51,091 nucleotides of DNA. It comes from Candidatus Moranbacteria bacterium RIFCSPHIGHO2_01_FULL_55_24 (GTDB taxonomy: Bacteria > Patescibacteriota > Minisyncoccia > Moranbacterales > UBA1568). Location of the stretch: positions 1 through 51,091 of the forward strand of contig MFRW01000010.1 of NCBI GenBank assembly GCA_001786575.1, written 5' to 3'. The notes beneath the pieces were generated by a model that worked only from the letters and a program-made list of their open reading frames with translations, searched no databases and had not been told where the DNA came from. The translations under genes and the position numbers were made by a program. Positions 1 through 8,197 of the stretch are shown here, piece by piece (positions within the stretch are counted from its first letter, which is position 1; every line of letters begins with the position of its first letter).

Positions 1-493
1 GTCAGCTCGTGTCGTAAGATGTTCCGTTCAGTCGGGAAACGAGCGCAACCCCTGTGAAGTGTTATATATGTCACTTCAGACTGCCCTCTCATTTGTTCAG
101 AAGCGAAAGCTTGTGAATAGGTGAGAGGGAGGAAGGCGGGGATGACGTCAAATCAGCATGGCCCTTTGACACCTTGGGCGACACACGTGCTACAATGGCC
201 GATTAATAAAGGGTAGCCAACCCGCGAGGGGGAGCCAATCCCAAAAACTCGGTCCCAGTTCGGATTGAAGGCTGCAACTCGCCTTCATGAAGTTGGAATC
301 ACTAGTAATCGTTGATCAGCCACGCAACGGTGAATGCGTTCTCGGATCTTGTACTCACCGCCCGTCACACCAAGAGAGCTGGCAATACCAGAAGGCCCCG
401 GGTCAAATCGGGGACGACGGTAGGGTCAGTAATAAGGGTGAAGTCGTAACAAGGCATCCGTAGCGGAAGCTGTGGATGAATCACCTCCTTTCT
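1..493 (+). rRNA. rrs: 16S rRNA, 3' portion (5'-truncated by window)
   Basis: Conserved motifs GTCAGCTCGTGTCGT, AACGAGCGCAACCC, GGGGATGACGTCAAATCAGCATG, CACCGCCCGTCACAC, AAGTCGTAACAAGG and anti-SD TCACCTCCTTT (481-491); short h39/h44 and primer-site variants as in CPR 16S. Confidence 0.99.
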
Positions 494-721
494 AGGGAGT
501 ATCGGTGTACGAATTTTGATCTATGATCAGAATCACAACCAGAAGGTCGCAACTCTGTTCCATATCTGTTCTAGCTTCGGCGAAAGCAGATTTACAGAGT
601 CCAACCAACGAATGATCTCCGTTCAAACAAAGGACTAACCGCAAAAGATCCCGATTATATCTGGATTTTACACACAGAACCGAAAGTCAAAGGAATTTCT
701 TTTGGTCCTGCTGTAGGTCAT

Positions 722-747
722 AAAAGCCCATCGCAAGACGGGCTTTT
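722..747. terminator. Intrinsic terminator between 16S trailer and convergent gene
   Basis: AAAAGCCC-atcgcaagac-GGGCTTTT hairpin with A/T tails. Confidence 0.75.
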
Positions 748-780
748 ATGTTTTCAGATGTAAATACGTTGTTTCCTTTT

Positions 781-1269
781 TTACTCTTCTTCTTTTTCTT
801 CTATTATCTTGGGGAATTGGATGCGTTCCAGTTCGGCTTTCCGGGAGTCTTTTATGAAGCGGAACCAGGTAGCCTGTTCCGGAACGATCTTTATGAGTAC
901 GATCTCCGATCCTTCTTGGCGCATGACCGGCGGCAAGTAAGACTCGTTCCAGGACCTCTTGATGAGGATCTCCTTTATCTCCATCTTTTTAGCTACGCTA
1001 TCGATGATTTCCGCGCGGCCGTCGACATGGACGCTCGTCGGCAGGACTTTCTCCTCGAAGGTGGTCAGGCTGATGCTCTTGTTTATCTTGATATTCTTGC
1101 ATTTCTGGCTGTCCAGACGGGTGAGGAAGAAGATGTTCATATCATCATCCACGTGGAAGGAGATGGCGGCGGAGTGAGCGAAGTTGGCCGGGGTGACGGT
1201 ACAGACGACTCCGGTCGTGTTGTTTCTCAAGAAATTGAGGATATCTGACTTCACCTGTGCATGTTCCAT
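781..1269 (-). CDS. Pyridoxamine 5'-phosphate oxidase-like FMN-binding split-barrel protein
   Basis: FLRNNTTGVVCT...FFLTRLDSQKCKNIKINKSISL...VHVDGRAEII pattern typical of the PNPOx-like/general stress family. Confidence 0.75.
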   Translation of the reverse strand: MEHAQVKSDILNFLRNNTTGVVCTVTPANFAHSAAISFHVDDDMNIFFLTRLDSQKCKNIKINKSISLTTFEEKVLPTSVHVDGRAEIIDSVAKKMEIKEILIKRSWNESYLPPVMRQEGSEIVLIKIVPEQATWFRFIKDSRKAELERIQFPKIIEEKEEE

Positions 1270-1411
1270 AATTTTTTATGTTAACGGATTATTTCTATTA
1301 TACACCTGTTTTCGGAGTGCCTGTCTGGAGGTTTCGGCGAGCCCCGAAGCTCTCCAAGCTGGGTGCAGGCAGAAGTCTGTTTTTTTGTGCCTGGTTTGGT
1401 ATAATCAGCAT

Positions 1412-1924
1412 ATGTCTTGGATTATGCAGCTTCTGAAAACTTTTTCCCCGAAACGGGCTTTTTTGCTGGTCGTAGGCGCTTGTGCCGGCCTTTTGGTGTT
1501 CGCCTATATCCTCGAGTTTTTCGTCGATCTGGTGCCTTGTCCGCTCTGTATCGTGCAGAGATGCTTCTATCTGGCTATCGGCGTCACAGCCCTGGTAGCG
1601 GCTTTCGGATGGATCAGACAGCTTTCTGTGCGCCTGGCCGGGGGCATTATCACCGCCCTCGCGCTTCTCGGCGGAGGGATAGCGATGCGCCAGGTATGGA
1701 TGCAGCACTTCCCGCAGGTGACGGATCCGACCCGTTGCGGCGTTTCCTTCGGCTCTTTCTTCGATTCGGTCATCCTGGCGCTCGGCGGGGCAGGCAACTG
1801 CGGGATCGTCGACTGGACCTTTCTTACGCTCTCTATCGCCGAGTGGTCGGCTCTCTGCTTCCTCGGCTTCGCGGTCGCCGGACTGTGGTTCGTCTGGCGC
1901 GGCTCGCAGGAACCCTCGCTCTAA
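1412..1924 (+). CDS. dsbB: Disulfide bond formation protein DsbB
   Basis: PCPLCIVQR motif, second Cys pair (C...GNCGIVDWTFLTLSIAEWS), 4 TM segments; start reassigned to ATG 1412 after TGGTATAAT. Confidence 0.9.
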   Translation: MSWIMQLLKTFSPKRAFLLVVGACAGLLVFAYILEFFVDLVPCPLCIVQRCFYLAIGVTALVAAFGWIRQLSVRLAGGIITALALLGGGIAMRQVWMQHFPQVTDPTRCGVSFGSFFDSVILALGGAGNCGIVDWTFLTLSIAEWSALCFLGFAVAGLWFVWRGSQEPSL

Positions 1925-2009
1925 ATCCGGAAAAGAGCTGTTTCTCGGATACGAGGAAAAGTCTTGATTCTTTTACAAAAAAATGGCATAATAGCGGGAA
2001 GACTGATTT

Positions 2010-2537
2010 ATGGCCTATCTCAATACACCCAAAGTCATCTACCCTCTCGCGGAATACCGCGTCAACAGCTTACCCTTCGGTAAGCGCTCTGTTTACGAGG
2101 GAGTCCTCTGGGGCATCCATCTGGGGGAAGATGTGAAGGTGCCTGCCGGGACCGACGTGCGCGCTATCGGGCGCGGACGGGTCGTCTACAGCGCTCTCCA
2201 TGCCGGGGATGCCGAAAAGGGCAATTGGGGCCATATCATCATCATCCGTCACCGTCATCCCGTACGCCGCCAGGTGTTCTATTCGCTCTATGCTCACCTG
2301 GGATCAAGTTACAAGCGCATCGGGGACAAGGTAGAGCTCGGCGAGCCGCTCGGGTTCGTAGGGGAGAGCTTTACCGCCGAAAACGGCTGGTGGGAAGCGC
2401 ACCTCCACTTCGCCATCTACACCGGACCCTGGCAGGACCAGGTGCTCCCGGGATACTGGAAAGACGGTGATACGCGCACCCGGCCGGAATGGTGGCAGGT
2501 CCCGAGCGAGTTCATCGCCAGATACGCCCAGGCATAA
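2010..2537 (+). CDS. M23 family metallopeptidase
   Basis: HLGED, SLYAHL, HLHF zinc motifs; promoter TTGATT-17-CATAAT upstream. Confidence 0.9.
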   Translation: MAYLNTPKVIYPLAEYRVNSLPFGKRSVYEGVLWGIHLGEDVKVPAGTDVRAIGRGRVVYSALHAGDAEKGNWGHIIIIRHRHPVRRQVFYSLYAHLGSSYKRIGDKVELGEPLGFVGESFTAENGWWEAHLHFAIYTGPWQDQVLPGYWKDGDTRTRPEWWQVPSEFIARYAQA

Positions 2538-2615
2538 AAGGGTCGCTGACCCTTGACAAAAGCCCGAAAAAAAGCCATTATCGGGGCAGTCAAAACTCTC
2601 ACAGGAGAGGAAGAA

Positions 2616-3233
2616 ATGATAGTTCTTTCACAGGCATACTTCCGGGCATTTGTGATCGGGCTCATAGCCGCGCTCGCAGAATTCTTCGGAAGCTATATTT
2701 CCGGAAGCATTTCCCTCCTGGGCGATGCGTTCCATATCGGTTTCGATACGGTAGGATACCTGATCGGCTGGTTCTCCATAGCGTTGATGCTCCGGGTACC
2801 GGGGAGGCGCTTCCAGGCTCTCATGGGGATTTTCCTCGTCTTGGCGAGCGCCAATATCCTCTATCAGGCGGTCGAGCGCTTCCAGACCGGCGGAGCAGTC
2901 ATCACGAACACGCTCTGGTTCTTCGTGATAGGCATCTTCGGGCTGGCGGCAAACGCTGTGACCCTCCTGATCCTGCGTGTTCCACACAACCACGGACACC
3001 TGCAGCATGAGCATGAGGAGCACGGCGCGCATGCGCACTCGCACGATGCGATCTTGAGTGCCAATATCCTCCATACCGTGAGCGATTTCGCCTGTTCCGT
3101 TCTGGTGGTCCTGACCGCGCTTTCCCATCTGGTTTTTCCGGAAACGCGCTTCCTGGCCCTGGTGGACCCGGCCGTATCGCTCGTTATCGCTTCGTTCCTT
3201 CTGATCCAGGCATATCGCCTGCTCACTACTTAA
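2616..3233 (+). CDS. Cation diffusion facilitator (ZitB/CzcD-like), transmembrane domain only
   Basis: SISLLGDAFHIGFD, His-rich loop, LHTVSD, LVDP motifs; SD-like AGGAGAGG upstream of ATG 2616. Confidence 0.85.
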   Translation: MIVLSQAYFRAFVIGLIAALAEFFGSYISGSISLLGDAFHIGFDTVGYLIGWFSIALMLRVPGRRFQALMGIFLVLASANILYQAVERFQTGGAVITNTLWFFVIGIFGLAANAVTLLILRVPHNHGHLQHEHEEHGAHAHSHDAILSANILHTVSDFACSVLVVLTALSHLVFPETRFLALVDPAVSLVIASFLLIQAYRLLTT

Positions 3234-3315
3234 GCCCTTCCAAAGCACATGCTTCGGAAGGGCTTTTCTTTATCTCGCAAAACAAAAACAGGCCGATTCC
3301 TCAACCTGTTTTTTC

Positions 3316-3335
3316 TGGTGTCCCGAGAGGGAATC
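3316..3335 (-). repeat. Isolated tRNA 3'-end fragment ending in ACCA
   Basis: Minus strand GATTCCCTCTCGGGACACCA, 10 nt downstream of tRNA-Arg(TCG). Confidence 0.55.
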
Positions 3336-3345
3336 TTGATTTCTG

Positions 3346-3417
3346 TGCCCTCGGAGAGAATCGAACTCCCATTGTCGGTTCCGAAGACCGAAGCTTTATC
3401 CATTAAGCTACGAGGGC
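3346..3417 (-). tRNA. tRNA-Arg(TCG)
   Basis: GCCCTCG/CGAGGGC acceptor stem, anticodon arm TCGGT-CT-TCG-GA-ACCGA, GTTCGATT T-loop; CCA not encoded. Confidence 0.95.
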
Positions 3418-3561
3418 AAGCGTTGAGTCCCGCCCGCACCGCATTCGCGGAGCGATTCGGGCGGGTATCGGGACGAAAAGGCTCCTTCCACCGTATCGTA
3501 TTCCAGGGGGAGCGTCAATCTGGTGTATACTGGAGAAGTATTAACCCTAAATTATTGCCCT

Positions 3562-4323
3562 ATGTCAGAAAGCCTTACCAAGCAAGTGAAGGCGGGTGCG
3601 TTCCTGCTTCTCGCTTTCGCGGCGCTCGCGTATACCTATCAGTACGGCCGTTCCGTGAACCAGGCCTTCCCGAACCGCACGTTCACCGTCGACGGTGAAG
3701 CGGATGTCGAAACGCCGCATGACGTGGCTTCCTTCACCGCGACGGTGGTGACTGAAGGCGGCAAGGAAGTGGCTACGCTCCAGGCCCAGAACACCGAAAA
3801 GATGAATGCCTTAAACGCTTTCCTGAAGGAGCAGGGGATCAGCGGCAAAGATCTCCAAACCAAGAACTACTCGCTCACCCCTCGTTACCAATACTCGAAC
3901 TGTCTCCCTGGGACGACCTGTCCGCCTCCGGCTATCAGCGGGTACACCATCACGCAGTCTCTGGAAGTGCGGGTGCGGAACATGGACATCCTCGGAGCGC
4001 TCCTTGCTGGCGTAGTCGAGAAGGGAGCGAATACCGTTTCCGGCGTATCTTTCGTGACCGATGACGATGAGGATGCCAGAAACGATGCCCGCGAAGAGGC
4101 ATTCAAAGAGGCACGCAAGAAAGCTCAATCCATCGCCAAGGCCGGCGGGTTCCGCCTCGGCAAGCTCGTGTCGTTCTATGAGGACAACGGCTTGATACCA
4201 GCCGATATGAACTATGGCATGGGCGGTTCCGAGCTCTCCGTCAAAAGCGCAGCTCCGGTCATCGAGCCGGGGACAGAGAAAGGGAAACTCAAGGTCGTGC
4301 TGACCTACGAGATCAAGAATTGA
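3562..4323 (+). CDS. SIMPL (DUF541) domain protein
   Basis: N-terminal TM, TFTVDGEADV, YSLTPRY, GANTVSGVSF, AREEAFKEARKKAQSIA, PVIEPG. Confidence 0.9.
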   Translation: MSESLTKQVKAGAFLLLAFAALAYTYQYGRSVNQAFPNRTFTVDGEADVETPHDVASFTATVVTEGGKEVATLQAQNTEKMNALNAFLKEQGISGKDLQTKNYSLTPRYQYSNCLPGTTCPPPAISGYTITQSLEVRVRNMDILGALLAGVVEKGANTVSGVSFVTDDDEDARNDAREEAFKEARKKAQSIAKAGGFRLGKLVSFYEDNGLIPADMNYGMGGSELSVKSAAPVIEPGTEKGKLKVVLTYEIKN

Positions 4324-4348
4324 TTCCCGGAGTCTTCCAAGCCGAAGA

Positions 4349-4375
4349 AAAACCTCTCCCTAAGGAGAGGTTTTT
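4349..4375. terminator. Bidirectional terminator
   Basis: AAAACCTCTCC-ctaa-GGAGAGGTTTT between convergent genes. Confidence 0.8.
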
Positions 4376-4396
4376 AATCTGTCTGACCCGAAGAGA

Positions 4397-4822
4397 CTAC
4401 ACCGTAGCGGTCTCGGCTCTGTGGGCGCGGCAGGCTGCGCAGGGGCAGCCAGCGAAGATGAAGAGTCCGCCGATGATAGCGACGTTCTTCAGGAGCTGTG
4501 TGACCTGCATCTGGGCGTCCGCACCGCTCCAATCGGTGTGGAACATGAGGGTCGCGAGGACCGTAAACACTATGAGCATCCATGCGGCGATGCTCGGACG
4601 GATATTCAAGAGAAGCATCAGTCCGCCTCCGAGCTTGAGTACGATGGCGACGACGGTCGCAAGCGTTGCGATCCCGGCGAGTCCCCATGGGGTGAGTCCC
4701 ATAGTTACGTACTGGACCGTGCCAGCGAAATTCATGAGAAAACCGGCTCCGCCTACGATGAAGAGGAGCGACAAGAGGATGCGCGGGAGATGCCGCGAGC
4801 CCCAACAAACGCCGTGTGACAT
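4397..4822 (-). CDS. DoxX family membrane protein
   Basis: RILLSLLFI, LGGGLMLLL, TLMFH, LKNVAIIGGL; C-terminal CPCxxC tail. Confidence 0.85.
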   Translation of the reverse strand: MSHGVCWGSRHLPRILLSLLFIVGGAGFLMNFAGTVQYVTMGLTPWGLAGIATLATVVAIVLKLGGGLMLLLNIRPSIAAWMLIVFTVLATLMFHTDWSGADAQMQVTQLLKNVAIIGGLFIFAGCPCAACRAHRAETATV

Positions 4823-5018
4823 AGTGTTCACGTTAAGAATTAAGCGTCTACACATAGTATAGGATTTTCTTTGCCGGAAGAGAAGCGAGTGTCAAGGAGA
4901 CGAGAAGCAGCTCTTGACAAATGGCTATAAATTTACTATAGTTTCCTGTTTTGAGAATGCGCTCTTTGTGGTACATTTTCAGACAGCAGTTCTTTTCAGA
5001 GAGAAAGCAGGAGGGTAA

Positions 5019-5438
5019 ATGATGTACGCAGAACGCCTCGGTTTGGACCATGATTTCGCTTTTTCCGTCCACGGCGAAGCGGAACTCGACGTTCCGAGCC
5101 GCATGGTGATCTTCTTGTTCGTGCAGAACTACGAACTGACGAATGAGGAGTTCGGGTATTGTTTTGATTTTCCCGGCGCCGGATTGTGTCAGCCGAACTT
5201 CTTCACGATGGCGGACGTGCTCCGTCTCTTCTGGCAGCGGCGCGAGAAGCTCCCCATCAAAGACAGAAAAATGAATTTCCTGGCGTGCAGCGAGGATGAG
5301 AAAGTCTTCCTTGAGAGCTTCCTCCGCTGGGCATCGGAAATCCAGGAATGGGTGTTCGCTGGCTGCAGGGGACGCAAGAGCGTAGATTTCTTCAAAGCAG
5401 GCACTCCGTTTCTGGCCTGCTATGCGCTTCCCTCTTAG
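5019..5438 (+). CDS. Hypothetical protein (ORFan-like)
   Basis: TTGACA-17-TATAGT promoter (4914-4942), SD AGGAGGG, terminator at about 5459-5491. Confidence 0.7.
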   Translation: MMYAERLGLDHDFAFSVHGEAELDVPSRMVIFLFVQNYELTNEEFGYCFDFPGAGLCQPNFFTMADVLRLFWQRREKLPIKDRKMNFLACSEDEKVFLESFLRWASEIQEWVFAGCRGRKSVDFFKAGTPFLACYALPS

Positions 5439-5520
5439 CAGCTAATACGCTGCGAACAAAAAGGCTCGGTGCGGATCGCATCGAGCCTTTTTCTTTTTAT
5501 AAAAAATAAAAACACCCAAT

Positions 5521-5547
5521 AGGGTGACTAGATCGAACTCTCATTCA
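5521..5547 (-). repeat. Degenerate copy of tRNA-His 3' end
   Basis: GGGTGACTAGA-TCGAACTCTCATTCA versus tRNA GGGTGACTAGAGGGAATCGAACCCTCATTCA (5-nt deletion, 1 mismatch). Confidence 0.7.
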
Positions 5548-5573
5548 GGGTCTTCTTAAGAAATGCTCAAAGG

Positions 5574-5645
5574 GGTGACTAGAGGGAATCGAACCCTCAT
5601 TCATGGTACCACAAACCATTGTCCTGCCATTGAACGATAGTCACC
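5574..5645 (-). tRNA. tRNA-His(GTG)
   Basis: G-1 plus GTGACTA/TAGTCAC stem, C73, anticodon arm ATGGT-TT-GTG-GT-ACCAT. Confidence 0.95.
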
Positions 5646-5660
5646 CCTCTATTCACTTCT

Positions 5661-5711
5661 TAATGATCACAATCCGCCAGCTGGCGGACCTACCATGAAA
5701 CGATAGTCACC
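5661..5711 (-). pseudogene. Partial tRNA-His duplicate carrying 16-bp palindrome (5673-5688)
   Basis: 20/23 identity to tRNA-His 5' part; CACAA anticodon region retained; ACCATTGT replaced by TCCGCCAGCTGGCGGA. Confidence 0.75.
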
Positions 5712-5730
5712 ACACCGGGTGCTTTTCAAG

Positions 5731-5803
5731 TGCTCCGGGTTGGAATCGAACCAACGACCAATAGCTTAGAAGGCTACTGCTCTATCCACTGAGCTACCGG
5801 AGC
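5731..5803 (-). tRNA. tRNA-Arg(TCT)
   Basis: GCTCCGG/CCGGAGC stem, GTAGC-CT-TCT-AA-GCTAT anticodon arm. Confidence 0.95.
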
Positions 5804-5849
5804 ATGCGGTAATCCCGGAACCTTTTTCGTGCGAATATTTCTAAACCGG

Positions 5850-5922
5850 TGGGTGTAGTAGGGCTCGAACCTACGACCGTTAGCTTAAGAGGCTACTGCT
5901 CTACCAACTGAGCTATACACCC
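5850..5922 (-). tRNA. tRNA-Lys(CTT)
   Basis: GGGTGTA/TACACCC stem, anticodon loop CT-CTT-AA, GGTTCGAGCC T-arm. Confidence 0.95.
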
Positions 5923-5947
5923 GAATACTTTTTAGCCGCATCCTTGT

Positions 5948-6007
5948 CTACGACCGTTTGCTTGAGAGTCCGCCAGCCGGCGGATCTACCAACCGAAGCT
6001 TACACCC
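5948..6007 (-). pseudogene. Partial tRNA-Lys duplicate carrying 16-bp palindrome (5969-5984)
   Basis: 19/21 identity on one side and near-identity on the other; GCTACTGC replaced by TCCGCCAGCCGGCGGA. Confidence 0.85.
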
Positions 6008-6046
6008 AAATAAAAAACGCTTCTAAAACGGATAAAGCGTACCGCG

Positions 6047-6075
6047 ATAGTACCAAGAAAATGCCAGCAAGTCAA
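6047..6075 (-). promoter_or_regulatory. Sigma70 promoter of Lys-Arg-His tRNA cluster
   Basis: TTGACT-17-TACTAT on minus strand. Confidence 0.7.
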
Positions 6076-6084
6076 GATTTCGGG

Positions 6085-6740
6085 AAAATTAAAGGGCCCC
6101 GTGGTCAGTTGATACTGATACATACGGGGCCCTGTCTGCGTGAATGGTTCGATCGATCCGAGGTGATGAGCGAAATATCGCTCCCGAGGCCTGGATATTG
6201 ATCTGGAACCCTCTGAACGAGGAGGTCGCATCCTGTGCGACAGGCGAGCGATAATTCTCGCTATGCTTCCAGCGGGTGGGGATAGATATCCCTTGCCCTA
6301 GCTATCGGAACGGAGGATGCGTGGCGACGCGGTCATGCATGAGGATCGCTCCTTCTGCATTCAGTTAGCCCGGGCACCATTGCGTCGGGCTGGTGGCTCG
6401 GCACGGTCCGCTTCCTGCTTGAGGTGCGGGCCGTGCCAGCGCCGACGGGCGAATATCAGGCGGTCGAAATAACGGCAGCGCCGGCGTCGGCAGGGTCGGT
6501 GTCGGTGCACATCTCCATGGGCGGACTGGTCTGGGTAGACATCGTAGCCTCCTTTGCTGTGAGCCATTCAAAGAAAAAACGGTTTCCTTCGCCGGGAGCA
6601 GTATGGAGCGTGTCTCTTGCGAGAAGACGCTCCCTTTATGGGTATAAAGGACTGCTGCGGTAGCGGGGACCGGAATGGCGAGAGGAAGACGATAGAGTCA
6701 CCTGCCTTTCGCCATCCCGGTTCTTTATTTTTAAACAACC
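6085..6740 (-). ncRNA. Candidate long structured RNA or small-peptide mRNA (about 650 nt)
   Basis: Consensus promoters upstream, more than 10 hairpins, terminal AGGGCCCCGT/ACGGGGCCCT stem with U-rich tail; no convincing long ORF. Confidence 0.5.
6456..6542 (-). CDS. Candidate 28-aa small protein MSTQTSPPMEMCTDTDPADAGAAVISTA
   Basis: Strong SD AAAGGAGG 5 nt before ATG, inside a transcript predicted from a perfect promoter. Confidence 0.45.
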   Translation of the reverse strand: MSTQTSPPMEMCTDTDPADAGAAVISTA

Positions 6741-6744
6741 AATT

Positions 6745-6787
6745 ATTATACACCCAAAAGCTTACTCTGTCAAGACTCATTTGTCAA
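6745..6787 (-). promoter_or_regulatory. Tandem sigma70 promoters
   Basis: TTGACA(6773-6768)-17-TATAAT(6750-6745), perfect consensus, and TTGACA(6787-6782)-17-TAAGCT(6764-6759). Confidence 0.85.
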
Positions 6788-6826
6788 TATATCTATATTT
6801 TGCTTTAAATAAAGCAAAAGTCTTGA

Positions 6827-8110
6827 TCAAGGGTTCAGTCGCTTGTATTCAGCCCACTGCTTGTTGGACCAGTTTTTCGGCTTATCCGAGAGCTTCTGAT
6901 CTTCGCCTGGATGCGGGAAGAGCGCCGGAGACTTGTAGTTGCTCCAGAAGCTGTCCTTGATGAATTCTTTCCCGTCTCGGCTCACCATCTGGGTGAAGAC
7001 GGTCTTCATGCTGCCGTCCGGATTGCTCTGGAGGATATGCGGCCCATCCACAGAAACCGTCCGGCCGTCCTTGGTGCCGAAGAAGCGGAAATAGAGTTCG
7101 GTACCCTGGATGCTCGCCTGCATAAAGACAGAGTGGCCGGTGTTGTTCATGAATTTGAAATCAGGCCTCGGGACATAGACGGTCGCATCCATACCATAGG
7201 GCTTGTAGTACTGGACCGGGTAGGAGTGATTGCGCCGCTCGGTGATCTTCATGCCGCTCCAGATCGCCGCCCGGAAGACGGTGGTCGATACCTGGCAGAT
7301 GCCGCCGCCGAATTCCGGCTCGGTCTTGTTGTTCCTTATCACGAGTTCCGGCAGGTAGCCGTGCTCGCCATCGACTTCGCCTAAGTGTTCCACGAACGAG
7401 AATTCCTCTCCTGGAGCGATCATGACGCCCTGGAATTGCTGGATTGACCGGTTGATGTTGTAGATGCGGTTCTTGGGCGAGCCGGCGAAGTTCGTCTTGC
7501 CTTCACCGATCATTTCGCGGAGCCCGAGGCGTTCCTTGTCGCGCGCGGTAATCGCCGGGGCGACAGTCTCGACGGGAAGCCGGAGCGAGAATGCCTTCCC
7601 GGACTGCTCGCCCATAAGCGCCGTTTTCAGGATGGCCAGACTCTCTTCTTTGTTGACGGTCGCGCCTGGCGCTTCCGGGGTGGCGACGATGATCTTCCCT
7701 TCGCTGTCCCCAGCAAAGACCGCGTCTTGCGGATCCACGTCCGCCTTGGCCGCGAAGTCATCGAGGAACTTCTGGATCTTCTCCTCCGAAACGGAAGACA
7801 GGAGGACCGTCCGTACCTGGGCGCGCTTCTCCCGCGGCATGGCGAAATCGCAGAAGCGATAGCCGACCGGACAGAAGGCCGGGTTTTCGACCTCCGAGCG
7901 GTAGTCATGAGCGAATTGGCTCTTGGTCGATATGTGGAGCCAGGAAGAGACGGTCTCGCTCGGGACGGTTTCCGAATACGCGCCGGCGGAGACGGTAATG
8001 CTCGGGACAGACGAAGCGCTCACGGTTCCCGGCAAGATCAAAATCCCCAGGATGAAGAAGGGCAGGAGGTTTCTGGTATGGAGAGCTGAAGAGGGAAGGA
8101 AGAGTCTCAT
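6827..8110 (-). CDS. VanW family protein with putative peptidoglycan-binding domain
   Basis: Signal peptide; NRIYNI, PGEEFSF, GGGICQVSTTVFRAA, ERRNHSY, GMDATVY. Confidence 0.9.
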   Translation of the reverse strand: MRLFLPSSALHTRNLLPFFILGILILPGTVSASSVPSITVSAGAYSETVPSETVSSWLHISTKSQFAHDYRSEVENPAFCPVGYRFCDFAMPREKRAQVRTVLLSSVSEEKIQKFLDDFAAKADVDPQDAVFAGDSEGKIIVATPEAPGATVNKEESLAILKTALMGEQSGKAFSLRLPVETVAPAITARDKERLGLREMIGEGKTNFAGSPKNRIYNINRSIQQFQGVMIAPGEEFSFVEHLGEVDGEHGYLPELVIRNNKTEPEFGGGICQVSTTVFRAAIWSGMKITERRNHSYPVQYYKPYGMDATVYVPRPDFKFMNNTGHSVFMQASIQGTELYFRFFGTKDGRTVSVDGPHILQSNPDGSMKTVFTQMVSRDGKEFIKDSFWSNYKSPALFPHPGEDQKLSDKPKNWSNKQWAEYKRLNP

Positions 8111-8197
8111 GGCTATGTTGGAATACAGAATGCCGATTCACCATTCAGGGAACCGGCATAAGAACGCTTTCCTCGAAATGGTAGGAGCGGACGGAGA

